Of a DNA stretch of 64,000 nt, positions 1-13,440 are shown one piece after another; within the stretch, counting starts at the first letter, position 1; the number at the start of each line of letters is the position of its first letter. The notes beneath the pieces were generated by a model, which was not told the DNA's origin, made no database searches, and saw nothing but the letters and a program-made list of their open reading frames with translations. Source of the stretch: Phoronis australis (Eukaryota; Animalia; Phoronida); contig NMRA01000637.1 of NCBI GenBank assembly GCA_002633005.1, forward strand, positions 29,330-93,329, given 5' to 3'. The position numbers were made by a program, and so were the translations under genes.

Positions 1-1447
1 CTATCGCTTTCCGATTCACCCCAGTTACAGCCTCGGAGTGTCACTGTTTCCAACACGATTTGACAGCAGTGCCATCTACAGAATTATAACTTTACAACTG
101 TTGTATTCACACAGAGTTACAACTGCTGTAACCTCTCACTAAACCACCCTCACACAGGGTTATAACTGGACTACAGTTACAACTTATAAAACCAGTTAAA
201 GTGTTCAAACCAAGAGTTATAATCTTTACACTGGTTTTATAACTTATAACCACTTTAGGGTGAACAGGGTAATAAGAAATGGCTGTAAATAAATAAATGT
301 CGTTTCCTTAGCACATGAGCACAGGATTTATAACCTTACCCCCATGGGCTTATCAGTATTGAGTGGGAAGCAACTAAATTTACAAAGGGGGCGGAGAAGG
401 GAGGCACTTTGTTCAGCCACTGCTGAATTTAATGGCAAACGCTTGCATCAAGAATGCAATGCACCCAGTCCATGGCTGAAAAATGTTTCAACAGAATATG
501 GATTATCTGTCTGAACACAAGCATCAAAAGTGAACTTTTCAATCCAACTGTTTATCGACCCTTGATTGAACTCAACCTTCATTAAGTCCATTCACAGTTT
601 TTCGAATAACTTTGTAACTTTCCATTTCCAACCTCTAAGTGAGTACATAGCGTGTTTTCGGAATCCTCTAAGAATGACAGCTTTTGATTCATGACTCATC
701 GTTACCACTAACAGACATATTTTCGCAAAAAGTGCTGTTCTTTGTTTTAAACATAAGTTTTTAAAAAACATTAAATGTGTTTAAATAGTAATCTATTACT
801 ATCAGTACACAGGGAGACGATTATTTGCTCTCCTAAAGTCATCAAAATTCCTTTATAAAATAACGTCCCAACATCTTCATGTTTAACACCCGATACCTCC
901 GTTGTTCAAATTAAAGATCCGAGACACAGTTCCATAGGCCGTACAATTTTCGTACAAAAATTTCATGCAAATCAACCTGAGCGCTTTATAAGAGAACTTG
1001 ACATTCAAAAATGCCACGTTCCTCGAAAATTAGCATGGCAATTATCTATCGTTCTACCAAGAAGAGGATTCTTTTTTTAGACCACTTCTCACTACACAAC
1101 TGATATCAGCTTAAGTTAGCATTCTAATGAGAAAAAATTTCTGGATTTGCAAATAAGTGAGACCATATATTATTCCTTGCGCCATGGTTAGTATGACAAG
1201 CCTACTAGTAGTGCCTGGTCTTAAGGAGGCAGAGATTGTACCAGGTAATTGAAAACAAACTGAGGCCATCTTAAACAACTCGCATATTTGTCACATAAAG
1301 AAATAATGCACTTTTATACCCTGTGTGAATATCGCATTTTCAAAGGTAAACAATAGCCATTGGACTCAACACCTTCAAGTGTGAGAGAAACACAGTATAA
1401 ATATAAACTTCAATACGACGGTTCCCGATAGCGCATGGACATTCCAA

Positions 1448-1670
1448 TCTCACGGTATTTACCCACAATGCTGCTACATCCGCCAAGCAGTTCTATCGCC
1501 TCGTTTTCCCTTCATCAAAGTTTTTCAGGTTATTTGATTTGTTGGTGCCCTGCTTTTTTCAAATTTTCTCAACAACACTGACTGTATTTGACCTTCCAAT
1601 GCTTGTCTTACAGCCGTGCTGTGGGCTGCAACTTTAATGACAGAAACTTGGAGTAACCTGCGGAGTATCT
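1448..1670 (+). repeat. Dispersed repeat; second copy at about 8568-8750
   Basis: ctcacggtatttaccca(c/t)aatgctgctacatc...caagcagttct...gcctc is shared between the two sites. Confidence 0.7.
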
Positions 1671-1918
1671 AAGGAAGCAATCTATTTTAGCACGATTAAT
1701 CGAAATTTCCAAAATGAGGCCAATCTAATAACGCATTTTCCTACCTCCTGGTGAAAAGAGGTTTTTATCTGGGATCGTACTATCCACGCTATCAACATCG
1801 CCCACACACCAGCGAGAGCACACCATTGAACACCTCATCAAATCAGAGGGTGAAGGATGAAGTTGAGGGGTAAAGAGGCACAGACAGACCCAGTGGATGA
1901 CAAAGTGGAATCCCTTAC

Positions 1919-2047
1919 CTTCTGCTTGTCTAATATCTTCATGGCATAAAACTCCTTGTTCTGCTTGTGTTGGACAAGCATGACCCTCCCAAACGAGCCC
2001 GTGCCCAGTGTCTTCTTGCGTTCAAAGTCATCGAGACATGCTGTGTT
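1919..2047 (-). CDS. PRKACA: PKA catalytic subunit exon 3 (glycine-rich loop and ATP-binding lysine)
   Basis: gttacag|AAC...AAG|gtaagg, 129 nt, encoding [43 protein letters not shown]. It contains the PKA-diagnostic LGTGSFGRV and [10 protein letters not shown]. Later exons were not seen and must lie left of the window. Confidence 0.97.
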
Positions 2048-3987
2048 CTGTAACACATATAATATTGTGAAGTGGCTCACGTGTACACGTAATGGTCGCC
2101 AAGTTTTAACAAACATAAACCAGGTCTTGACTGTGGTTTGTCACGTGCTTTTGTCAAGGTACATTAGAATACATTAGAATTTTGGAAACAGTAAACAAAC
2201 TAGTGAGGTCAAAAATGATGACGAGATTTCCTTGAGAGAGGCATCAGTGATAGACAATCTATCGTAATCCCAATGAAGTGCATGTCAGGAGGTGTATTTG
2301 TAGAAACCGTGCACCACTAGCCAATAAACAACATGTTGACAACATCAATTTAAGTTCACTAGACTACAGCAAAATCCCTTAGCAATTTATAGCACATGAT
2401 GTCCAACAGATATAAAGTACATTGCACCAAAGTAATGCTTGACCACGATCAAAATTCGTATTTTAAATCACCATTGCACAAAGTTAATTGAAAATTTCTG
2501 GGTAATCTTGTAAAATGAGAAAATGGCAATTTTGGAAACTATATTAGTCCCAAGTTGGTGACAGTTTATCTTATTGCTGAAGAAAAGATATCACTCACAG
2601 AAGAGTGGTCTATTGAAACTAAAATCATGACTTGAGTGCAATTCCCCAAATTTCAGGCACAACGAAGTTTCACAAATAACATTTGCATAAGGATGACCCT
2701 AGTGGTCAGTGATAACATTAACACATTCCCATGATTTTGATAAACCATCAACTAAGCTATGTTACTTATAAACAGTAAACCTATAATGAGCATTGCTTCA
2801 GTAGAGGCACCTTGAGACAACCCGTTTCACACAAACGCGAGTCTGATGTTTTACACATTACAAAATATACGAGTTTGGAAAAAAGCAACTTATCACACTT
2901 GCTTTCTACACAAGGAGTTCATGTGTTTTTTATTAAAAGCCATTATAATCTTGCATTACATCCAAGAAGCAAACTTTTAATATAGGCCATTTACCGCTAT
3001 AAAAATGATTTCAACTTGATCTTTACTAGTATGAGAGGTGACTCATGGGATTGCAAAGAACTGACAGTGCGCATAAAATTACACGCCGAGACTAGAGTCA
3101 AATTGCAGAGCCTAATCTCAAACAATAATGAACTGTAAGTTCTTTTGAAGACTTGAAATTATATACAACCCGACCAACGAACAATTTGAGGCCTATTTCA
3201 TAATGGATAGTGGTTTAAACCAAAAGTTGGTGGTTCTGAGGGAAGACAGGTTGACAGCTTCTTTGTTAATTTACAATATTATTCTTACTTTCAATTTCTG
3301 ACCAGTCAAAGTAGCGCTCAATATAACCCAAAAGACAGATTTCTTACTGAAAAGCTAAAATTTACAGCAGCCACGTGGAGACTTTCATTTTACGCAATAA
3401 CGGAAAATGAGCAGAATTCATGGAACCAGATTTATTTCAAGGAATTAAAGATTAAGAGAGAGTTCACACCTTAGTAGACATCCTAATTCTAATATTTGGG
3501 TTTTTAATTACCACAAATTAACAACACAACCATTCTGATTACATTATTCTAGCCAAAATCCAATCAGTAATCCCTTTGCAGCCAACATATTGAAGTAGTC
3601 ACTCACTTTTTGTGAAGGTGGCATTGCTATTCTTCCGGTTTTGAAAACAAACACGTCATGCTACAGATTTATCGACAAAACGGTGCTATGGCATAATTCG
3701 GAAAAAGATTTATACAATTTGCTAATTAGCAAAGAGAATTTTACATTTGCTCTCATTGATTGCTCACTTTTTGAAGACAGATTATAAGGTCTGAACCCAT
3801 GTTTCTTAAACAATGACTTGTTTATCTCCTCTAAACGAAGGAAATTTTTAATAATACACTCCTTGCTTGTATATTGTTAACTGGGTTTTCAAAAGGAAAT
3901 AAGTAAATCATGCCATGATGCAGGAAAACACACTTTGTGCCAAAAACTGATGTTCAGAAAAAGTGAAAATTAACACGTTTCACTTAC

Positions 3988-4049
3988 AGATGCAGGTTCA
4001 TCCCACTTTTTTATGAATTCTTCTTTGGCTTGCTGTAGAAAAGCTTTGA
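3988..4049 (-). CDS. PRKACA: PKA catalytic subunit exon 2 (A-helix)
   Basis: gttacag|TC AAA GCT TTT CTA CAG CAA GCC AAA GAA GAA TTC ATA AAA AAG TGG GAT GAA CCT GCA TCT|gtaagt = (V)KAFLQQAKEEFIKKWDEPAS. It is 62 nt and matches VKEFLAKAKEDFLKKWE.P of PKA-C. Confidence 0.95.
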
Positions 4050-5346
4050 CTGTAACGAAAGAACAAAAACAATTAGCAATCCATGTTGTCATTAATCTCG
4101 TTGATTTTAGGGGCCAGCAACCAGGATAGTGACGACTGGTTTATCCAGAGCCAATCAATAAACCAGGAATTTATAGTCCCTATCGCCACATGCAGCAAAG
4201 TGCAGTTTTAATTCGGTATTAACAGAAAATCAATAGCAAAAATTCACCAATCGTTTACACACACTGCAAAATGTACAGGGCTTTCAATGCATAATGGCTT
4301 CAGAGACCATTAGAGAAACTATAATGAATATCTTTTTGTACCAGCAACCTTGGGAATTGTCAAAATAGCTATCATCACTACAATGCTTGGTAATCCTTGC
4401 TAGAATTCTGACGAAACAAATTGATCAAACATCTAATATAGACTCAAAACAAAATCCCTAATTGAAATTCCCCGATATCACAGATGGCAAACGGGAAGCA
4501 AGAAATGAAACGTCATCAAGTGGAACGCACGCTTAACTTCCACATTTTCCGTTTTCCGTGACAGAACACTTTGGAATGGAATAACACTGCAGCTGGCTAA
4601 TGAAGTACACATGGCGCTTCAACTCAAGCACAATACAGGAACAATCCCTGGTTCTTCACAGTATAACTATCCGCAGCCATAATCAATCGCTCGACACTGA
4701 AGTACGAGCTGGTTTTCAAGAAGAGTTTTCACCGACGAGAAACCGTGTGCACGCGGCAGCACACACACACACAGAGAATCTCTAGGTCTTAACACCTGGG
4801 TAGTCGTTGAGTATTGATTGACGAGCGAGAGAGGCTTAAATCTAAAAAGACAACACAGACTTTGTGCAGGTAGATTAAATTATTGAAGTTAATGTGCCAT
4901 TTCGCTAGGGAAACCTGACAGTAATAAAGTTGGGGGAATGACAGGTATAATTGGCGCAGGGAAAAAAAGAAACCCACGTCACATGTTTATGACATGAAAA
5001 TAGGGGCAAGCTGTGAACAATCACGTAAACAAGGAGACCGTAACTGATGAAGTAATGGACATAATGAAAAAACGGACACCATGGCAACAAGATATTCTGC
5101 TCAACTAAAAGCTAAACAGCACAGAACGTGAAAATTCGACGTGTCAAAATACAGCATGTTTAGAAGCTACAGTTAAATGATCACGTTACAAGGAAGCCTG
5201 GACACATAGACTTCATAAGAAAAACAGACATAGAAGCAGCAACAGCGTCTATCTATTGAGAGAGTGCAATAATGAAAGGTACTTTTGAGAGAAAGATCTG
5301 TGTTCTAATGGATGTTATATCTGGTAACGACAACCGGACTACTTAC

Positions 5347-5373
5347 AAGACATCGGCACTGATTTGGGAAAGA
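5347..5373 (-). CDS. Candidate 27-nt frame-preserving cassette exon of PKA-C (or a tiny MS- start exon)
   Basis: ctgatcaacaattttgcttttag|TCTTTCCCAAATCAGTGCCGATGTCTT|gtaagt. It has a branch-like CTGAT, a pyrimidine tract, AG and a consensus donor, is open in phase 1 ((V)FPKSVPMS(F)), and contains an in-frame ATG. Confidence 0.55.
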
Positions 5374-7082
5374 CTAAAAGCAAAATTGTTGATCAGAAAA
5401 CCACCACTGAAACGTTAACACAGAATTGGTTTTATCTCAATTGTTTAGAATGACACAGAAAGATAGACCCAGGTTGAAACACAAAAGCTACCAAGAAGTG
5501 GTAGTTCACATCATTAGAAATTCTCATCATAAACTAGCATTGTTAAACATGGTGTACTAGTTACAAGGGCAAGTCTCAACCACTCAACATTCCTAAATGT
5601 CCTGCACACAAACCACTTTTTTGCCAACAAAACCTTCACTGCAATGCAACAAGAACTCTATAAAAGCCAGTGAATTTGATTCCCACTCAGACACAACAAG
5701 TAAAATCTGTTAAATCTGCTAATAACGGAGGGGGGAAGGGTAGTTGGCTAAGAAATGTACTTTTGATTAATACTACATGCGGACACACAAAAATTGGCCT
5801 CGATTTGCTCTTCACTCAGATTAGGAATAATTTCTTGGCTAGGAAAGATGTTTAGTGCTTGTGACCCATGCCCAATATGACCCCGCTCTGAAAAGCCAAC
5901 CTAGGGACCTTAAGCGATAACAAACTGTGAATTCGTTTCAAGGACGAAATCACGTGGTAGTTATCTCGGTAAGGAACTTGTCCAGCGCAGTCTGTTCAGT
6001 AAGTGATCTAAATCAATGGTTAGTTCTCTGATAGAGGGCAGGTCTGTAGCCGCTTTAAGTGAATTCGAAAATGCCATTCCATTCCCTAGTTTATCATAAA
6101 TGTAGATTCTAAAAGACCAAACAATTTGGAGGCGCTCATAAAATCAAATCCCTCGCGACTATATAGCAACTGCCGCGCGCTTGATATTATTCATGATTCA
6201 CTCATTCCCTGTGCCACTAGCAAATAATCCCATACGTTGTCGGCTATTTATAGCTCAGGCCCACACAACACTGTAATGTGGATATTGACAGGAGAGTCAG
6301 AGAACTACTACTGGGCATAACAAACTTTTGTATTGGGGCTAATTGAATCAGTGCTCCACAAAAAGCGGTATCATCAAACAGCCCTAGGTCATGGCTGGGA
6401 GGGAACAAAATCAATAACGCTACCCAGATAATATTCATGAGATACTGTTATGGTAATTTCTAAGAACTGATAAGCTTCAACTACTCCCAGTAGTGGGCTA
6501 TGCCGTGACAATACAGAGGGAATTCGTCAAACTAACCACACCCAGAAGTAGATACATACGGAACCCAATGTATTCTCTCTCAGAATCAAACAACTATTTC
6601 ATAAAATCCATGGTTTCAACATGAAAATGAAAAAATAGTATTGAGGTTTCAGTTAAAATCACTTAATTGTTAGCATTCCTTCTCATTTTTATTGATCATA
6701 GATGAATTTGTTTAAAAAATCACCAAAAACCATGTGTAGCCCAACTGCAAATCTGTGCAATCCCTAAAAATGTTCATTTATGATAGTGTCCATAGGAGGG
6801 TGGGCTCCTTGCCTCAACCCCTTGAATCCACCAATGAAGGCCCCTGGGTCAACCATAAATCCGCCTGAAGAAACTGACAACACAAGTCTGCTCCACCACT
6901 TCTCACAGATTAGGAGCTGGAAGTCTGATCCAGATAATTTGTTGGTGCTGATATCACTACACAAAAGGTTGATTTCTCAGATTGGCCAGGCATTATTACA
7001 GAAAACCAATAGATGTCAGCAGAGCATTACACAATGAATCCCAATCCAATTGACCTTTATATAACCATTGGATTTCAACAGC

Positions 7083-7183
7083 GACAACTATACATCATTG
7101 GAAAGTTCCAAGTGCTTGACAACTACATCATTGGAAAGTTCCAAGTGCTTGACAACTATATCATTGGAAAGTTTCAAGTGCTT
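7083..7183 (+). repeat. 33-bp minisatellite, 3 copies
   Basis: Unit gacaactacatcattggaaagttccaagtgctt. Confidence 0.9.
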
Positions 7184-7606
7184 AGTCTTGATAACGATTC
7201 TTCTAATTCTTCATTATCTGCCTATGTGTGGACTCCCGTCACATGACAAATCATGTGACTTTCAAATCGGAGAATGATTGGCCATGTAACTTAAGTTCGT
7301 ACGAGCGATGACTGTGTTCATCTCCAAATGGAAATTACAGTGAATGCTATGAAAATGAATGAGGTGTTGCTAATGTCTTTGACAATTTGTGTTCACTCAT
7401 TGGCATTGACAGAATTAAGATGCAGGAATTTTGTTGGGCCATTTTATTTGCTCCATGGATCATTATTTCTACCAAACGTAACAACAAAAATACTGGTAAT
7501 TTGCTGACTGTATAGAATTGTCCAAATACCGTGCGAAAAAGGCGAAACGCCGCTCATAGGATGTATGACTTAACAGTTGGCTGTAAACAGTAATTGCACA
7601 GACATT

Positions 7607-7750
7607 GGGTCCTCAGTAGCTCAGTGGTGAGAGCACTAGACCGGCAATCTAGAGACCTGTGGTTCGATTCCCAGTTGGGATTCCCGATTTTTCTGTGTTT
7701 ATTTGATATATTCCACTACTGGCCAACCAGCGTCTATATATTTACTATAT
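7607..7750 (+). mobile_element. tRNA-derived SINE (tRNA-like head 7607-7685)
   Basis: A box TAGCTCAGTGG, B box GGTTCGATTCC and anticodon-like stem CTAGA/TCTAG. The acceptor and T stems are imperfect and position 33 is C, so it is not a functional tRNA. Confidence 0.7.
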
Positions 7751-8803
7751 CTAACAAAAATGGTTACATTCTGCTTAAAGTCGTGACTTGTTTGAACTTA
7801 GTGGGTTTTCTCGGAACGTGCCCATGAACTTGAAATGCCTCAGTAGTCAAGCTCCTGATACCTAAGGGAGGCTCAATGGCAAAACAACAAAAAGGCTGTC
7901 AGATTTACAGTGACCACTTTTTAACAAACATAAATTCAATACATAAATCCTTGCCAGAGAGGCATCGCCATGGCAACCATCAAAGAGCCAAAGGACACAT
8001 TGCATCACTACCAGGAAACCACTAAGTTATAACAAAAATCCACACTATTACTTGTGACCTCATCAAACTGATAAGGTTCTGATAGCAATTAATATTGGAG
8101 GAAAAGCACCAGCACTAGCCAGCCACGTTTCTCTCAATGGGGCTTGAGTATCTGATGATAGGCCACGCTAATCAAGCCAGTCATGCCTATGTCAATGAGG
8201 CCTAACTATCCAACGATAGGCCATGCTAATCAAGGGTGGGTAGATGTCAATACAGAGGACAACAAATGAGACTTAATAACTTTTCATGACGACAATGGCC
8301 ACACAGAATGTCAATAATTGCAACGTACATGTAATCACCTAAATCCACAGATGGATGAACAACGAGAAATAATTACTCTGAACAAGAACACAGCCTGTCA
8401 TACTGACACGAAGCTTGAGTTAGGCTGATTGTCACAATGAACAACCAAGGGTTTTAAGCAAAGAACTTTTGCAGACCTTTTTGGCATTAAGATAATTTTC
8501 AGTTACTTCGTACCGAAAGCTCACCTATCGTAAAATGACGGCCTCAGATGACATAGCGATACATAAACCTCACGGTATTTACCCATAATGCTGCTACATC
8601 CTTCAAGCAGTTCTTCAGCCTCATTTTCAACCCAGTAGAGTTTCTCATGATGATGTGCTTACTGCTCAACTGCATTCAAGTTTTACAACTATGCAGTGGG
8701 CTGTTACTGCCACAGCATAAAGTTTGATGAACTGGTGAAGTATCTATGGATGTGATTTTTCTGACATCACTCCTAGAATCAGCCATGTTTGAAGAGTTTT
8801 GCA

Positions 8804-9035
8804 CCATGTTTGGAAGTCTAGAGCCATGTTGGAAATCTAGAGCCATGTTGGAAATCTAGAGCCATGTTGGAAATCTAGGGACATGTTAGAAATCTAGAGC
8901 CATGTTGGAAATCTAGGGACATGTTAGAAATCTAGAGCCATGTTAGAAAACTAGAGCCATGTTGTAAATCTAGAGCCATGTTGTAAATCTAGGGACATGT
9001 TGGAATCCAGAGCCAAGTTGGAAATCTTGAGTCAT
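8804..9035 (+). repeat. 19-bp minisatellite, about 12 copies
   Basis: Unit ctagagccatgttggaaat with variants. Confidence 0.9.
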
Positions 9036-10301
9036 GCTTGTAAAGCCAAGACGTTTCTACTCAAGATTAATAAAAGTCAGATGATTGAAATTGTGTTAGT
9101 AAGTGATATTTTATTATTTAGCAATAAATATGATAGTGACATGCCTGGTAAGTAGAAAGAATGCGTAATAGTTGTTTTCACGAATTAACAGAAGACAATT
9201 ACTTTGCGAGAACATGACATGCAATTTGTATCTTGTTTGAAGTTTTGTCCAGGGAGAACACCGTAGAGTAAACAAGTCGATTGTTATATTGCACTCTATG
9301 GGGACTCGGCAATCAAATGAAGATTTCTCTGAAGTCAAATACCAAGAAAGTGGCAAAAAAGTATGTGACAATAAATTTACGCCATCAGTCTGTGAATATT
9401 GCGGAAGTTGTAGCACAATTCAGGATGAGAGAATCTTAATAAAGATTCAATTAGTAAAGTAATTCCAGACAGAATGTCAACCCACGACATTACAAGAAAT
9501 CAATCTAAAAACTACGCCTACCATCTCTCAATGCTCGTGTAAGCGTGAAATTACTGTAAGAACCCCCTTTCCAGGTAAACAGTACTCGATAACTCACTCA
9601 ACATTGATACGACCATTCATTTCAGGCTAAATATGATCATTCATTTCAGGCTAAATATGATCATTCANTGCTTGTAAAGCCAAGACGTTTCTACTCAAGA
9701 TTAATAAAAGTCAAATGATTGAAATTGTGTTAGTAAGTGATATTTAATTATTTAGCAATAAATATGATAGTGACATGCCTGGTAAGTAGAAAGAATGTGT
9801 AACAGTTGTTTTCACGAATTAACAGAAGACAATTACTTTGCAAGAACATGACATGCAATTTGTATCTTGTTTGAAGTTTTGTCCAGGGAGAACACTGTAG
9901 AGTAAACAAGTCGATTGTTATATTGCACTCTATGGGGACTCGGCAATCAAATGAAGATTTCTCTGAAGTCAAATACCAAGAAAGTGGCAAAAAAGTACGT
10001 GACAATAAATTTACGCCATCAGTCTGTGAATATTGCGGAAGTTGTAGCACAATTCAGGATGAGAGAATCTTAATAAAGATTCAATTAGTAAAGTAATTCC
10101 AGACAGAATGTCAACCCACGACATTACAAGAAATCAATCTAAAAACTACGCCTACCATCTCTCAATGCTCGTGTAAGCGTGAAATTACTGTAAGAACCCC
10201 CTTTCCAGGTAAACAGTACTCGATAACTCACTCAACATTGATACGACCATTCATTTCAGGCTAAATATGATCATTCATTTCAGGCTAAATATGATCATTC
10301 A
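9035..10301 (+). repeat. 634-bp near-identical tandem duplication joined by a single N
   Basis: 9035-9667 versus 9669-10301, about 7 substitutions by eye, with n at 9668. Confidence 0.9.
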
Positions 10302-10370
10302 TTTCAGGCTAAATATGATCATTCATTTCAGGCTAAATATGATCATTTGATACAAAATATGATCATTCAT
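10248..10370 (+). repeat. 24-bp minisatellite, about 4-5 copies
   Basis: Unit cattcatttcaggctaaatatgat. Confidence 0.9.
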
Positions 10371-10377
10371 TACTTAC

Positions 10378-10384
10378 AGACCAT
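10378..10384 (-). CDS. Candidate alternative first coding exon of PKA-C (MV-F...)
   Basis: taa gtg ATG GTC T|gtaagt: good Kozak context, an upstream in-frame stop and a phase-1 consensus donor. Confidence 0.4.
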
Positions 10385-13300
10385 CACTTAAATCCCTTCG
10401 AATGACTCCGCTTAACTTTCTCGACTTCTAGTACTTCCGTCCAGTTTTTCTTAGTTTACAAAGTAACTGTACGGTAAGCGTAGATTTGTCAAAATGGAGA
10501 AATTTTGTTAATGGAATAACGCACCATGCACGAAGAATGAGAACAAACATAAGTGCTGCGTAGTTGTCAGACACCTGTCACGGACCAGATGAGTTTTAGT
10601 TACAAGAAGACATTAATATGTAGAATTCTACAAGCTCACTGAGGGTGTAAAATGCATAACTATAAATACACTGAAAGAGCAGGCATATCTAATCAGTGAA
10701 ACGTACATGTATTTTCAAGAAAGCGAAGCCTGACCTTTCTTACTGGAGAGCAATCAAGGGGATATTTATAGCAACAGTGAACTCTGAGTGCAGCCAACTC
10801 TGAGTGAAGCATCAACTAAGTGAAGTAACCTTTATGAAGGTACAACAACATGTTTACAAGTAGATGAGGTGTTTCATACATGCACTGTTTCAACCATACG
10901 CATTAGAATCCACGACTAATCATGAAGAGCCAGCCGCCAGGTGGCATAGCAGCACTCGAAGCCATGAGCCACGAAATGGGTGTCAAGCAAAACACCTGCA
11001 CCGATTCCTTGAAAACGCTGGCAATACAAAGTGATACTCTATAGACAGAGATTACATAGTGCCCTTATTCGAGGGGGGAAACATGCCTGCGCCTTCTGCT
11101 AGAGTAATTTGTCCGAAGGAGTGGAAAATGCCGCCCTTTCTCCAGCCTCAAAGAGTTGTCCACAAGTACTACAAAATACTCTAGAATGAGTTACTACAGA
11201 ACCAAGCTGACTTGTAGTTTGGTTTTAAGAGTGATAGCATGACGTTACACGATTGCACCAATGCCAAAAAATGGCTTGAAGAAGTGTGGACTTTTTGCAG
11301 TTAATGAAACTGATGCCAAGGGTTTGCGCAAATTGAAAGTGATTCTAATCTCATCGTTCAAGGGCAATATTTGAATCTTGTTAGGCAAATTTCGCACGAT
11401 TTTTAAGAGGGGAATAAGGCAGATATTCCACCACAAAAATCAAAGCATCGAAGGAACTGAAATAACCATAAAACGGTACTTTGAGGTGATTAAAAATCTC
11501 TAAAAATAATGGATTCTACTTAGCTACAGAAATATGCATGTAACTGATTCTCAACCAAAGATTACATGAGAGTTTGATTGGCTGCAAAGGATGGAACAAA
11601 ACCAGGAAGAGAGCTGTCAGTGAAGAACTGTTCACAGTGCGACAGGAGACAACTGGCAATGTTTGTGATCTATAAATAGTCTCCAGCTGTCCTTCATTTT
11701 GAGCTGGTGTTATTTTAACATTAAATAGACCAGTCTAGGGGTTGGCTGAGCAGCTTTATCCAAGGTCAGAATCGAAATCTGGCTACAAAGGGCCACCATA
11801 ATCATATATAAAGGGGCAAGAAAGGACAAAGCTGGCTCAAGGGTGGGCAGTCTTTGGACTTAATACATCACAAGGGTTTGGTGCACGCGGTGGCCTTTCA
11901 GCCTTGTACCATGAACAGGAATTCTAACCAAACACAGAATAGTGGAAGTTGTCGAGTAAATATTATCGTACAAAACAAACTGCAAAACATGTCCAGTAGA
12001 TGTGGGGCAAGTGCTATTCAGTGGATGTCTGTGCAGGGGAAATCTTGCATTTGATCTCTCGCCCGCCTGTCAATCCACCATGGTTTTAGTCCGAATACAA
12101 GAAGCGGGTCAACTATTACAACACATAGTGTGTAGTAACATTCAAAAACAAGCCGTTTCAAGTCTCTGACCATGCACTGCAGTGGTCTTAATAAATATTT
12201 CATCCGGTGAAAGCCAAAGCAACTGAGGGATAATTTAAAAACATCCAAAATAACGCCAATGTTTGCTTGGTTTCAACTATAGTCACGCCAGCTTCTGTTC
12301 TTCCGTCTGTTCTCTAGTTAGAGTACGATGGTACAGCAAGGCAGGCAATAGTCATTTACAGAGACCAGTTTGATGGCCATTACTCAGTGGAGGAAACTGG
12401 TCCTCAAAATATGGAGACCCCTTAGTGAATATTACCACAAGACGTTACCGCTACAAAGACAAGTTTTCACAGGCATTTCCTAGCCACATTTTTTCAGCAG
12501 AAACTGTAAAATTGCTTGTGAAATCCTAAATATTTAGCCAGAGACCCCACTGGTAAAACAAAGTTGGTGAGCAAAAGGAATGCTCGACTGCATGCGAACT
12601 TAAGTTTTGCTCATGGGGGCTATTTTGGGAACATTAAGAGTTTGATGATGTTTAGAACACATATCCAAAGCAACATCTGACCATAACGTGCATATGTAGG
12701 TTGGTAACTTTACAACAAATGCAGCTTAATTAACTTATACAGTTGACAATAGTGCTCAGAGTCTACTCTAAACCGTGGTGTTTTTCAGCCACGTTCAAAA
12801 TCAGCCTCATTCTAAAAATTGCAAAACGATTCTGTGCGCAGCTGTCACGTGACCAATTACTTTTTTACAAGTATTAGCCTTAACAGCAACAGTGAAATCA
12901 AAATATCATTTGACTCAGTTTCACAATCTCAGATTTGCCCAACATATCGGTGCCGCAATACTACAACGGCCAAATAACACAGAAAATTGTATGTTTTCAA
13001 CAGTAATCCATCTCTACAACGAATACTTCAAGAGTATCAAAAAGCTTTCTGTCAATAGAATACGTAATTACCCAGCACACATCACTCAGAGAGTGTGTTC
13101 TAGGTCATTTCAATGGTATCACATTGCATCAATAGGACGCAGCAAAATCAAGGAAGTGCCCAGGGTACACTATCAAGAATAAATTTAGCAACTTGTTTCC
13201 GAAAAGTGCATCAAGGGAGTTTATCGGAAATCTCCGGTAAGGTATTGTGAAAGCCCAGCTGTGAACCCTTGATTAAATGCATGGTAGGACTTGAATTCTA

Positions 13301-13440
13301 TTAGGACTAGACTAGAGATGGTGACAATGAGTCATTTGTTTTAAGCAACTTCCCAGGGACCACAAACTTCTCTAAAACCATGGTTATTAAGCATAATATT
13401 TCCTAAAGTGCACTTTAGTTTAAGAACACTTAGTCATGAC

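Noticed and set aside
7607-7685. Functional tRNA-Ala(GGC)
   Set aside because: The acceptor and T stems are broken, position 33 is C, the anticodon is atypical for eukaryotes, and a SINE-like tail follows.
8804-9035. Short tandem arrays here and at 7083, 10248 and 21585 as CRISPR-like arrays
   Set aside because: The units are head-to-tail with no unique spacers, the context is a eukaryotic intron, and there are no cas genes.
9598-9604. Other tiny ATG-plus-donor hits (here, its duplicate near 10232, 48369-48372 and 58687-58690)
   Set aside because: They have poor Kozak context (T at -3) or weak donors, and some are far from the gene. They are indistinguishable from background.
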